The notes beneath the pieces are model-generated. The model searched no databases. It worked only from the letters and a program-made list of their open reading frames with translations, and was not told the DNA's origin. The position numbers and the translations under genes were made by a program. DNA of 63,904 nucleotides, the filler included, from Octopus bimaculoides (taxonomy: Eukaryota): NCBI RefSeq assembly GCF_001194135.2. It is 4 parts of 4 records of this genome, joined end to end, with 100 filler letters (N's around TTAATTAATTAA, not from the genome) between each part and the next. Parts side by side here need not be neighbours in the genome. Positions count along the whole stretch, not along the records: positions 1 to 16,385 come from NC_068988.1; 3 more parts are not named here. One strand, given 5' to 3'. Positions 1 through 11,399 of the stretch are shown piece after piece (within the stretch, counting starts at the first letter, position 1; each line of letters starts with the position of its first letter).

Positions 1-42
<42 letters not shown>

Positions 43-55
43 CACAAACACACAC
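1..55. repeat. (CA)n microsatellite
   Basis: Near-perfect CA dinucleotide run at the window start. Confidence 0.95.
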
Positions 56-760
56 TACTAGTTGTAACCTGGTTGGTAGAGTCGTCTTTCATTATGTTCT
101 ATTTTGTAAGAAATCCCTGCGCATATAAGGATACACATCATAGGAGAACAGAATGGAATAAGCAGAGCAAGAGCACATACGAAGTCGGAAAGTGTCGCTG
201 AGGCGTTCACAGATGTATAACGAAAGATTTCCGAACAATGGACATGAGTTAGAATAAGAACAGTAATAAACGAGTGAAGAACGAATATATAGTGCATGTG
301 TTTATTTGACAAAAAAAAAATGACCGTACCGAAATACAATAATATCTAAATGTTAAATTTTCTTTTTATTCACCCGAAGAAAACGTTTTTTTTTTAACAT
401 GATGTAACACTTTTGTTCATCAATAAAGAACACGTCTGAAGCAGCTGTAGTGAACCTCAATCCATCTGCGTTATCGTTTATATATATGCACATACATAGA
501 TAGATAAATACATACTCCTACACACACATATGTATATACACACACACACGCACATATATGTGGAAATGGATGCACTCGGTGCACGACAAATGTACAGTTC
601 AAGTTGTGGCTCTTATTAACAATCGCATCAAATTCCTTCTGTATTATAAAGAGTACATCAATTATGCGAGAAGTAAACATTGGCATGAACTTAATAGTTC
701 TTTACGTATGTAAAATATGTAATAAAGGAATACCAAGCCTGTCTATGTTTTCTTTCTCTT

Positions 761-762
<2 letters not shown>

Positions 763-805
<43 letters not shown>

Positions 806-976
806 NNNNNNNNNNNNNNNNNNNNNNNNNNNNNNNNNNNNNNNNNNNNNNNNNNNNNNNNNNNNNNNNNNNNNNNNNNNNNNNNNNNNNNNNNNNNNNN
901 NNNNNNNNNNNNNNNNNNNNNNNNNNNNNNNNNNNNNNNNNNNNNNNNNNNNNNNNNNNNNNNNNNNNNNNNNNNN

Positions 977-1017
<41 letters not shown>

Positions 1018-1034
1018 ACACACACACACACACA
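763..1034. repeat. (TC)n and (CA)n microsatellites flanking an N-gap
   Basis: (TC)n 763-805, N-gap 806-977, (CA)n 978-1034. Confidence 0.95.
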
Positions 1035-2743
1035 CTGTGTTTCACCGAAAATAAGACCTACTCCGAAAATAAGTCCTACCATGATATTTCAGGATGTTTT
1101 TAATAGAAGCCCTACCCCGAAAATAAGACCTAGTCAAAAATGCATCAGCTTGTTAGCAAAACCATGTGATGTTTGCAAAATAAACCAATTACTGAAGCTT
1201 GGCTAAAGTCTGCACTAAGCGTGCATGCACGGAGTTGTCTCCCTAGGCTTGACTCCTTAGTTCCCTAGGCAAGATGAGTGCAAAAAGAAAGAGTTATTCC
1301 GTGGAGTACAAGAAAAAGATTGCGGGAGAGTCACATAACAAGATTCTTACAGTTTTCTGTAAGGAGAAGATGTTGGATCTCCGAATGGTTCGAAAATGGC
1401 GAACAGAGTACGATAATCTCAGCAGACAGGTGGGTAAGGGAAGTGCTAAGAAGCGCAAGTGTGGATCATGTCGACAATCGTTATTTTCGGAGCTGGAAGA
1501 TATCACATCGGGATGGATTGCTGACAGAAGAACAAAGGCTTTGGTTGTACGCAGGGCTGATATTCAAGAATTTGCTCTTGCAATGGCACCACAGTTGGAT
1601 ATACCCCTAGAGATATTCAAAGCATCACCTCATTGGTTGGATAACTTCCTTCGGCGATATGAGCTCTCTCTAAGAAGATCAACAGCACTGTTCAAGCTGG
1701 AGGATGCTGAAGTGATTCAACCTGCATTCAAGTCCTTCGTTGATGGCATCGACTTTTCTAAATACAATATCTCCAATATAATTGCTATGGATGAGACTGC
1801 AGTATTTGTAGACCAAGGATCTAAAACGACAATTGAACAGTGCCTCGTCAATCTACGTTGCCTCAACGGGTTAAGAAAATGCAAGAGTTACTTGTATTTT
1901 AGCAATTCGTCTTGATGGAACAAAAGTCCCACCGCTTATCATCACAAATGGCAAAACAGAGAAAATAGAACGAGTTTCGGGCATTTATGTCCTTGAAACG
2001 GAAAAGGTTTAGTGCAAACAAGCTGTTATAAGAAAATGGGCTGATTTAACTATGTCACTTGTTTTACGTGGTTCTCAAAAAGGTCTGTTAGTCTGAGATT
2101 CGGCCAGTACTCATCGCGCAAAAGATGTGAAAACCTTCCTTTCTGAGAGAAGAATTGACCACATAATGATTCCTACTGGAATGACTTCATATCTACAAAC
2201 ATTCGATCTTGTAATAAACAAGCCCTTCAAGGATTATTTGTGGATGGAAGTGAATGAATATATCGAACACAGAATGGAGAGAAATCAGCGTAGAAACTTT
2301 GTCAAACCCAACCTCCAAGAAGTCGTAAATTGGGTGAAGAATCCATGGAATAAAATTGCCGACAGTTGCATTGCCAATGCACTACGAGCGGGGTACTTGG
2401 ACAAAAAGTGTTCATTAAAGGCAAGTTATATTGCCAAACATGATTGGGCTCCATGATTCTACAGGAAATGGATTTGCAAGAAATTCAGTCTGAAATTCGG
2501 TGTTTGATGATTTATGACGATGTTCCAGAAGAGGACGAAATGTTTGTACTTGAATAAAAACAATAAACAAATAAATAAACTTTTGATAGCTAAAAACGTG
2601 GGTTTCCTTTTTTACAATTTTTTCCTTTTACACGAGGACATGAGACTCTTTTGTCTTTCTTGGATTTTTTCCGCAAAAATATAAGACATCTCCCGGAAAT
2701 AAGCCGTAATGCATTTTTTGGATGCAAAATTAATATAAGACGG
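1035..2743 (+). mobile_element. pogo-superfamily DNA transposon (DD35D, Passer-like), defective
   Basis: Left end CTGTGTTTCACCGAAAATAAGAC with CCGAAAATAAG repeated three times at 1044-1130; right end ...AATATAAGACGG followed by (TA)n; internal transposase relic. Confidence 0.9.
1274..2557 (+). pseudogene. pogo transposase (Brinker-like/CENP-B HTH plus DDE_1), frameshifted
   Basis: MSAKRKSYSVEYKKK...RMVRKWR N-terminus; ASPHWLDNFLRRY; catalytic D in MDETAV (1790), DSASTH (2097) and LQTFD (2205), giving D35D spacing; frameshift near 1845 and in-frame stops. Confidence 0.9.
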
Positions 2744-2770
2744 TATATATATATATATATATATATATAT
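2744..2770. repeat. (TA)n at the pogo right end
   Basis: TA run directly after the terminal CGG; TA is the target duplication of this superfamily. Confidence 0.85.
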
Positions 2771-3115
2771 NNNNNNNNNNNNNNNNNNNNNNNNNNNNNN
2801 NNNNNNNNNNNNNNNNNNNNNNNNNNNNNNNNNNNNNNNNNNNNNNNNNNNNNNNNNNNNNNNNNNNNNNNNNNNNNNNNNNNNNNNNNNNNNNNNNNNN
2901 NNNNNNNNNNNNNNNNNNNNNNNNNNNNNNNNNNNNNNNNNNNNNNNNNNNNNNNNNNNNNNNNNNNNNNNNNNNNNNNNNNNNNNNNNNNNNNNNNNNN
3001 NNNNNNNNNNNNNNNNNNNNNNNNNNNNNNNNNNNNNNNNNNNNNNNNNNNNNNNNNNNNNNNNNNNNNNNNNNNNNNNNNNNNNNNNNNNNNNNNNNNN
3101 NNNNNNNNNNNNNNN

Positions 3116-4217
3116 AAGTTCCCGCCGTTTTTTTTAAACTTAAATTTTTTAAATGGTTTAATAAAAAAAATAACAACTAATTAATCAATAATGTATTCAC
3201 CCTTCTTGTTTACAACTTCTTCCCAATGTTCAACAAGATTTTCAATACCTCGTTGGTAGAAATCACCCGATTTCGACTCGGAAAATTGATCCAACCAAGC
3301 TCTCAATTCTGCATCAGTATTGAACGAAACTTCGCGCATAGCATTTGAAAGAGATCGGAAGAGGTGGAAATCCGTTGATGCCAAACAGTGGGTGTGGCAG
3401 CACTTTCCAGCCATGCGTTTGAATGGCTTCCTTGGTCATATTGGCGAAATGGGGGCGGGCGTTGTCGTGCAGCAGAAGAACTCCATGCTATCGTTTAGGT
3501 CTTTTCTCTTGAATAGCCGTGTTGAGTCGTTCCATCTATTGAACTTTGAGTTCCGCGTTGACCGTTTGGTTCCGTTCAAGCAATTCGTAATGGATAATCC
3601 TTTCCCAGTCCCACGATACGCACAACATCGTTTTACGCAGATGAAGATCTTGTTTTACGCGCATGTCGCTTGTTTACCGGGGCTAAGTCATTCCTTACGC
3701 TGCTTCATATTGATGTACAGGCACCATTTTTCGTCGCCAGTAACGATTCGGTAAAGAAATCGTTGCTTGTGTCCATATATTGAGCGGTGATGAGCAAGCA
3801 AACCAGCGGAGATTGTGGCTCGTTGATTTTTGTTTTGTTTTCACTTAAAGCATACGGAACCCATGCTCCATACTTCTGAACCTTTCCCATCGAGTGAAGA
3901 NNNNNNNNNNAGTTCTTTCAGCTATGGCATCTCTCCCTACACAGCACATATGTCGCGAGCAGCTTTTGCGACCTTAGAACCTTGATTAAAAGCAAAAAGA
4001 AGGAGGTGTCGAAAATGCTCGTTTTTCTTAACTTGACATTCCATTTTAATGATCTGAAAATAAACAAAAATTAACTAAAATTAACTAGAAAAAAAAAACA
4101 ATATAGATTCTAAAATGATTCAAAAATATAATTCTCGAAAAAAATAGATTCCAAAATTTAAAAACGCAATAAATTCCAAAATTTAAAAAAACCGCGGGAA
4201 CTTAGTTGCCAACCCAA
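3116..4217 (-). mobile_element. mariner DNA transposon, defective
   Basis: Inverted repeats AAGTTCCCGCCGTTTTTTTTAAA (3116) and TTTAAAAAAACCGCGGGAACTTAGTTGCCAACCCAA (to 4217); the outer part of the left TIR lies in the N-gap. Confidence 0.9.
3181..4044 (-). pseudogene. mariner transposase relic
   Basis: MECQVKKNEHFRHLLLFAFNQG start; WVPYAL (WVPHEL-like); ASTDFHLFRSL (SPDLAPSDYHLF-like); C-terminus FYQRGIENLVEHWEEVVNKKGEYIID*; several frameshifts and a 10-N gap. Confidence 0.9.
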
Positions 4218-5149
4218 AAGTTTCAATCCCAGTCTAAAGTTACTTACATCACTTTACCTAGGTAAAGAACTTAAGGAATCTTAAAGACATAGTCTTCCCC
4301 AGAAACACAGTCATGTATCCATTTCTAAAACTAAGTATCAAGGCCTTAAAATGATAGATGAGATAAAATCATTGAGATACCGGAGGGTCAATGGCGTCAG
4401 ATCCGTCGTTTCTATAGCCAATTCTTTATTGTACATGATCAAACTACTTTTCTTCAGAGCAATCAATATCTCATATCTTTTCATTTATAGTTTATTCGAT
4501 AACTTTTATAACAGGATCGTCCGGAAGAGATCTCCAGTTGCGAGCATTATCTCTTTGAATGTAAGACACATGTCGACTAAAATGGCGGAAGTGGAGGCTT
4601 ACATTCGCACATATCAAGTTTAACCTCATGTATTACATAACAAATCCTAGTATCTCTGAATGTCTCATGCTTCAAGTTGACAGTGTAACCAATTTCACTC
4701 TGGATTCAGTATTAACTGATCTGATTCTACTGTAAATTGTCAATTAATTAACTTCTGTTCCAGTTGTTTCTTAGCAAAGTGTCCGCTTTCATGACGCGTT
4801 GAATGCACATCTAATATTCATTCTAAGCACAGAACACAAAAGCTAATAGAAGAAACGGTTTCTTACATACAACAACTCAGATTTACAGACTAAACCAGTC
4901 AAATTTGCTACTGTCGATGCTACAATGAAAACCTGATGCATAAATACATTATATTGCAAGACAAAGGCTTTTATATAATGTTAATTAAATTCCATCTTAG
5001 TTATACCATTTCGGTATCTGTCATCAACGCATGTGAAATGGAAGAAAAACTGGTGTGAATACAATTTAATATTACAACAGTGAATCACTATTTAAAAATA
5101 GCCGATATAAAGTTTGGTTGGTTGGTTGGTTGGTTGTTTCTCCATTCAC

Positions 5150-5272
5150 GCTTTATATCGCATAGAGAGAGGTAGAAAGAGAGATAATAAAAGAGAGACA
5201 TAGAGAGAACTTATAGGAGAGATGTAGAATGAGTGCACTTACTAGGCTTGGTGGCCGGCAATGAGTAAAACA
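5150..5272 (-). mobile_element. 3-prime fragment of the PLE family at 16170-18120
   Basis: AGATGTAGAATGAGTGCACTTACTAGGCTTGGTGGCCGGCAATGAGTAAA resembles AGATGTAGGATGAGTGCAGATACTAGACCTGGTGGCAGACAACGAGTAAA at about 16327-16377. Confidence 0.55.
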
Positions 5273-5439
5273 ACGTCCCCCTCCACACACACGCACTGCC
5301 GAAGAAAAAGAATCGCAAGCATAGAGGAAGGGAGATGGAAAAGAAGAGGGGAGAGAATAAATGACAGAGTAGCAATAAGAGGAGCCACGCAAATGAAAAA
5401 TTAATTTTATTTAATTCTATTTTAAAGTAATTTTTAAAA

Positions 5440-5640
5440 TCTTTTATTTTGCTTGTTTCAGTCATTAGGCTGTGACCATGCTGGTTTTAATGAATTTTTA
5501 GTCGAATGAATCGACCCCAATACTTAATTTTGTCAAGCTTGGTACTTATTTTATTAACCCCGAAACGATGAAAGGCAAAGTCAACCTTGGCGGAATTTGA
5601 ACTCAGAACATGAAGACGGGCGAAATGCAGCTAAATATAT
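5440..5640 (-). mobile_element. octopus SINE, composite (family-A body with family-B tail)
   Basis: Minus strand reads ...GTTCTGAGTTCAAATTCCGCC...GACTTTGCCTTTCATC... then GGGGTCGATT...CAGCATGG...ATGACTGAAACAAG. Confidence 0.75.
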
Positions 5641-6661
5641 TTGTGTGGACATGGGGCTTGAGAAGTATGATAAATAAGGGTTTAAAACAAGAAAATGAAT
5701 AAAAACAAAGTCACGACAACAACAAAATAGATCAACACCAAGAAACAGAGAATCTAGAATTAGAGTACAAAAACACAAGAACGAATGAAACGAGTAAATT
5801 AAGAATAAACAAGCAAAATCAAAGATTGAAAATAAACACTATATAAAAATTAGATTGGTATTAAAAATTTTAGAATAAGCACACTAACTGTATGAGTAAT
5901 TAACTACAGTTCTAACGTAATACATGGAAGCTTTACACTCATAGTTTTTAACCCTTTGCCTGTCCAAAGCAGTTTCATAAGTTTGCCCTAAACGTCCATT
6001 CTTGTTTTCAGACATTTAGTCCTTTTATCATACGCTCTGAGTAATATAAATCTTTCTTTTCATAAGTTCTAAGTTACCATAGTGGTGAAAAAAAAGTGGA
6101 GGCAGGGGATATGTATCATATATGATGCATTGACTCCAGGATAATATGTTCTTTGTATCATGGAACACCCAAGGCAAGCAAACAGTTAGGTCGTTTGATT
6201 TATAGTTTATGAATTGCCGATGTCGTATCATACAGTAAGAATGTTATGGCATGTGGAAACATAAAGAGTATCGAGTAATGTGGCGTAGTTAATTAAGTTC
6301 AGAAATTCTATGAGATATTAAGACACGAAAATAAACGGTAAAGAGAACAATAGAAATACTTGTAAGATTCCTCTTCTAAGTAGTGGGATAGTTGTTCTCT
6401 TCCTTTCAGTGAACTAAAATTGTGGCCAAGAAAAATTTATGACATAATTAAGTATATATCTCCCTAAATACACTGTCGACAGGGACGAGGGGGTATTTAC
6501 AACACCACAAAGGTAGGAGTGGATACATAAATAAAGAATTAGTATTGAAAATATGACGACTACGGTAGAGCTAAAAAGGTATCAAGTACAAATGAAGGAT
6601 TATTTTAACAAATTCTTTTCAGAACACAGAGAAAAGTATGTTTGTATAAGCGCAGCTGTAA

Positions 6662-7006
6662 TTAAGAAGCTCGCTTTACAGCATTATGGCTTCGGGTTCA
6701 GTCCCACTGCGCGGCACCTTGTGCAAATGTCGTCTATTATTGCCCTAGGCTTGGCAGATGTCTTGTGAGTGAATTTGGTAGACGGAAATTGCTCGAAAGT
6801 ACGTCGTGCGTGTGTGTGTGTGTGTTTGTGTGTCCTCTCTATTACTTGACAACCAACCAGTGTTGGTTTGTTTACGTCAGCCATAACTTAGCGGTTCGGC
6901 AAAAGAAGCGATGGAGTAAGTACTAGGGTCGATTAGTTCGACTAAACCCTTCATGGTGATGTCCCAGCGTGGCTGTTGCAGTCCAGTGACTGAAACAATT
7001 ACAAGA
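6662..7006 (+). mobile_element. octopus tRNA-derived SINE, family B
   Basis: GGGTTCAGTCCCACTGCGCGGCACCTTG, GGTAGACGGAAA, internal (TG)n, ACTTAGCGGTTCGGCAAAAG, GACTGAAACAA tail; colinear with 30773-31245. Confidence 0.8.
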
Positions 7007-7059
7007 TACTCGTAAAAAGAACGGTAAGGAAGCAGTTAGATGCAGTTTAGTTCGAGACC

Positions 7060-7098
<39 letters not shown>

Positions 7099-7669
7099 TA
7101 TTTCACCGTTTCGTTTTCCTGTCTTGTTTTCNNNNNNNNNNNNNNNNNNNNNNNNNNNNNNNNNNNNNNNNNNNNNNNNNNNNNNNNNNNNNNNNNNNNN
7201 NNNNNNNNNNNNNNNNNNNNNNNNNNNNNNNNNNNNNNNNNNNNNNNNNNNNNNNNNNNNNNNNNNNNNNNNNNNNNNNNNNNNNNNNNNNNNNNNNNNN
7301 NNNNNNNNNNNNNNNNNNNNNNNNNNNNNNNNNNNNNNNNNNNNNNNNNNNNNNNNNNNNNNNNNNNNNNNNNNNNNNNNNNNNNNNNNNNNNNNNNNNN
7401 NNNNNNNNNNNNNNNNNNNNNNNNNNNNNNNNNNNNNNNNNNNNNNNNNNNNNNNNNNNNNNNNNNNNNNNNNNNNNNNNNNNNNNNNNNNNNNNNNNNN
7501 NNNNNNNNNNNNNNNNNNNNAGAGAGAGAGAGAGAGAGATTGATAGATAGATACTTGCAGTAAGAATTAGATACCAACAGGAGAAGTAAAGTAAACAAAA
7601 TACATTTTGAAACTTACTGAAGAGAGACGCTGAAGCAAATCCAATTGGAAAGGGCAAATTAATTTAATT

Positions 7670-7746
7670 GCCTGTAGTATTTGATTCATACTTTATCGAC
7701 ACCAGAGAGATGAAAAGTAAAGTTAACCCTAACAGGATTTGAACCG
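7670..7746 (-). mobile_element. SINE family A fragment
   Basis: ACTTTATCGACACCAGAGAGATGAAAAGTAAAGTTAACC...GGATTTGAAC. Confidence 0.55.
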
Positions 7747-7790
7747 ACTACTACTAATGATAATGTCAATTAATAAATTAGTGTTGTTAC

Positions 7791-7983
7791 AAGACGGTGA
7801 GCTGAAAGATGCTTAGCGGTTTTTCGTCCGTCTTTATGTTCTAAGTTTAAATTCTGCCCAAGTCGACTTTGTCTTTCGTCCTTTCGGGGTTGAAGAAATA
7901 AGTACTCAGTTGAGCACTGGGGTTGATGTAATCGATCTACCCTCTACCCTGCAATTGCTGATCTGGCGCCAACATTTGAAACC
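7791..7983 (+). mobile_element. SINE family A with 18-bp TSD
   Basis: GACGGTGAGCTG...GTCGACTTTG...AGCACTGGGGTTGATGTAATCGA; flanked by the direct repeat AATAAATTAGTGTTGTTA (7772-7789 and 7984-8001). Confidence 0.85.
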
Positions 7984-8102
7984 AATAAATTAGTGTTGTT
8001 ATGAAACCTAAAAGAATAAGAATATTTTATCTTTAAGAAAAGAATTGTCACGTCACTTACACTTATTGAAATGTAAAGGATAATGAAATAATAATCTTTT
8101 TT

Positions 8103-8292
8103 ATCATAGGTACATGACCTGAATTTTTAGGGGAGAAGGCTAATCGGTTACATCGGCCCAGTGCTCAACTGGTACTTATTCTATTGAACCCGAAAGGAGG
8201 AAATGCTAAGTTGACCTAGGTGGAATTTAAGCTCAGAACGAAAAGCCAGAAGAAATGCCATTAAATATGTAACGATTCTGCCAGCTCGCTGC
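8103..8292 (-). mobile_element. SINE family A
   Basis: CAGTGCTCAACTGGTACTTATT...GGAATTTAAGCTCAGAACG...AACGATTCTGCCAGCTCGCTGC. Confidence 0.85.
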
Positions 8293-8542
8293 ATTGGATA
8301 ATTAAATGATAACGAAAGAAGAAAATCATGACAAATTATCTTTTAAGATTATTTAGAATATCTGAAATTCACACACGAAAGTCACGACATATTGATTAGA
8401 TTTAAGTCTCTTTCAAAAAAAAAAAAAATATATATATATATATACAAACAAAACGAATAAGACGAAGCCTGTTTCATGATGAATCGAGGAGAATAGTTGA
8501 AAGGGAAGTCAATCCGATAGTAGATGATGCTGAGATCATGTG

Positions 8543-8577
<35 letters not shown>

Positions 8578-8597
8578 AGAAGGAGAGGGGGGAGAGA

Positions 8598-8636
<39 letters not shown>

Positions 8637-9403
8637 TGCAGGAAAAGTCTTTTGGTTTTGAGTGTACAGTAACGTGTTAAATATAACTATACACACCCAT
8701 ATTTCAGCAAAGTTATTCTTTTATTGTTATATTAGTTTCAGTCTTGGAGTGGAGATATGCTGGTGCCCCACCTTTAAGGATTTATGATTGATAATATCGA
8801 CCTTTATCAAGCTAAACTATATTTTGTCAATTCGCAAAGTTACAGTACCGGTTTTACAGCTTTCTGCACAGTCTCCGTTTACCAAATTTCACACACAATG
8901 GTCGACCCGAGAATATGGCAAAAGACTGTTCTTTAAAGTTGAACCTGGAGCCACATATGTGAAAAGTGACCTTAACGAGACGATTAGCATTGCAAATGTA
9001 TGCATTTTTTAATACTCTGAACCTAAGGAACTGCATTTGGAAACATTCTATATTCAGGCCTGAATGTCGGTCGACTCGCCCAAGTAAGAATAAAAGGTTT
9101 TATTACATGGCGCTGAGAAGCTCCCAGAACTAATCCTAGAAATAATATGCCCCTTTCCTTTTAGAAGCTTTCGTTGTTCATATGTTCAAATGTTATACAA
9201 TTAATTGCCAGTAGCTTTCTTAAGAAACAAATTTCTTTGAGTGTCCTATCAAAATGTATTTTCAAAAGAAAAAATATTTATTACTTTAAAATAAAATTAA
9301 ATAAGACAAATTTCTCATTTGTAAAACTCTTCTCACATTTAATCTGGCATTTACTCTCCTCTTCTGTATGATTGTGTGTGTGTGTGTGTGTGTTTGTGTT
9401 TGT

Positions 9404-9435
<32 letters not shown>

Positions 9436-9581
9436 TTGTGTGTAGCGTCCATTTACTCATTACTTGTCACGGAGCTTCGTATGTTAATTCACTCTGTATC
9501 TCTCTTTATTGCCATTCTCGCCTCTCAATACAATGTAAACCAACATTTTTAACAGCTATTATTAAATCGAGATATTGCAGT

Positions 9582-9690
9582 TGATTGGAAGGGTCGTTAA
9601 AGCGCGGGACATAATGTCTTGCGATATTTAGTTAAGGCCCTTTACACCTGAGTTCAATTTCCACCAAGGTCAACTTTGCCTTTTATCTTT
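9582..9690 (+). mobile_element. SINE family A 5-prime fragment
   Basis: CTGAGTTCAATTTCCACCAAGGTCAACTTTGCCTTTTATC. Confidence 0.6.
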
Positions 9691-10009
9691 CCTCTCCTCA
9701 AAATGGATGGCTCCGTGTCAATACTAGAACTCAATAATCTCGATCTCGGAGGAAAGCATTTAATTGAACACATGTTTGGATAGGTTTTAACTCAACTCAC
9801 TGAGGCAGTTACAAATTTAACCCTAACTTGTGACACGTAAGTGAGATTGAATAATTCCGAAAGCGCTGGTTACTCACTATAAGCAGTATGATTTACATAA
9901 AGAAATACCAAACGACACTCGGGAGTGTTGCAGAACAAATACTCAAAGTATCTACTCTATTGCAGTAGGAGGAAAAGATTGGAAAGGTTTATGCCATCTC
10001 GAGACTGGC

Positions 10010-10625
10010 ATTGCACTTGGTTTTATTACTTTATCGATTTAATGTGGAAGAAGAGGTTGTGTTCATGGCTTATTCTGGTGAGATTGATATGGTTAATGTT
10101 GCTCTTGAACAGTTGCAGGTTGATGGTTGTGAGGGAAAATATGGATAGGGAGGGAATTTCAAAGGGATGACGTTTTGGGGAGGAAGAATAAGATGTGGTG
10201 GTCATTGTGAGGCACAGGGAAGGTGGGAAGACTACGTTTGGCGAGAAGAGACGAGTGAGTCAGAAGTGCTTGATGGGTTGCACTAGAGCAGTGCTGTAGA
10301 GGTATAAAAGACAGAGAGAGGACAGAGCACTGAATGTTGGACTGTGTTCGTGAGTGACTTCATGACAATCAGTCGAGTGTGATTGCAAAGAGGGATCCTC
10401 GGTGATTGTAATTCTTAGCATTTGTCGTAACTTTGAGGGTTCCAGTTATGTGTTGCTCGTGTTTAGACGGTTTATACGATACTATTTTCTATATAAGTGT
10501 AGTGATTGCTTCTGGGGCTGTTGTAGGAGATAATTTTTGTATGACACAATAGGAGATTATTTCCGTGGATGGAGTGAGTGGCGATTTGATGCAGAGTGAA
10601 CAGAGCAGGGGTCGGCGAAGTGAGT
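10010..10625 (-). mobile_element. CR1/L2-type LINE 3-prime fragment, decayed
   Basis: Minus strand gives LCLLY...PKTSSL*NSLP.HIFP...NLQLFKSNINHINL-like translation, similar to the ORF2 C-terminus at 12130-12355. Confidence 0.65.
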
Positions 10626-11069
10626 CTGTGTGGCTATACAAAGGGTCGATAAAAAACCTGAAACGATTTTAAGTATTAAGGGTGCTAAATTATTAGCGAA
10701 TTAAATGTGAAAGAGAATAGTAATTTAAGGCTAAAACTCACTAGTTTCCAAACAAACATCGATGCAATGATTAGTATTCACCAACTACATATTACTCAAT
10801 AAATATTCCGATAATATCAATATAATATGACTGAAATTCTATTGTTCTTTGCCAATTTCGCTAAGTATTTTCATTAAATATCCTTTGATATTTCTAATTA
10901 AAAAGCGACAACGACACAAAAGAACGAAGGAATTATTGTTTATAAATCAATTTTTTTTTATTAATTACACTTTTTAATTTTGCATCAGAATTTTTTTTAT
11001 GATGGGGTTCGATAAGTTATCAACAATTCAATGGAGGTGGTTAATGATAAAAGAAGTTTGCTGACCCCT

Positions 11070-11275
11070 GCTCTACATTATGTGTTGATGACACATACAG
11101 TTAGCTGGCCGAAAGTGTCCCTACCTTTCCTTTGTATAGTCTTAATTAACATTAGGCCTGTAAAAACTGGTAAATATAGGTCCCCAAAATACATGGAGGT
11201 TTCCATCATAGAGAGACTGTCATTGTTTCCAAACGTATTTGCTGTCTTCTTTTATTTCTATCTTTTCTTTGGATT
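11070..11275 (+). mobile_element. possible LINE RT C-terminal remnant
   Basis: CVDDT in one frame, then NIRPVKT and PKYMEVSIIERLSL (KYLGVxIDxxLSF-like). Confidence 0.35.
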
Positions 11276-11399
11276 AGCAAAGCATCCAGTCTAATCTGGC
11301 GTGCAAATCTCTAAGAAAAACTGCCTGCTTGCAGGCATCATCCAGCTCTCACCCCTTGAGTTAGTGGATTCCTATCAGATCATACCATAGCGGTGTATG

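Noticed and set aside
4830-4895. KLIEETVSYIQQL resembling bHLH helix 2
   Set aside because: It is bounded by stops, with no basic region/helix 1 and no usable splice sites in that frame.
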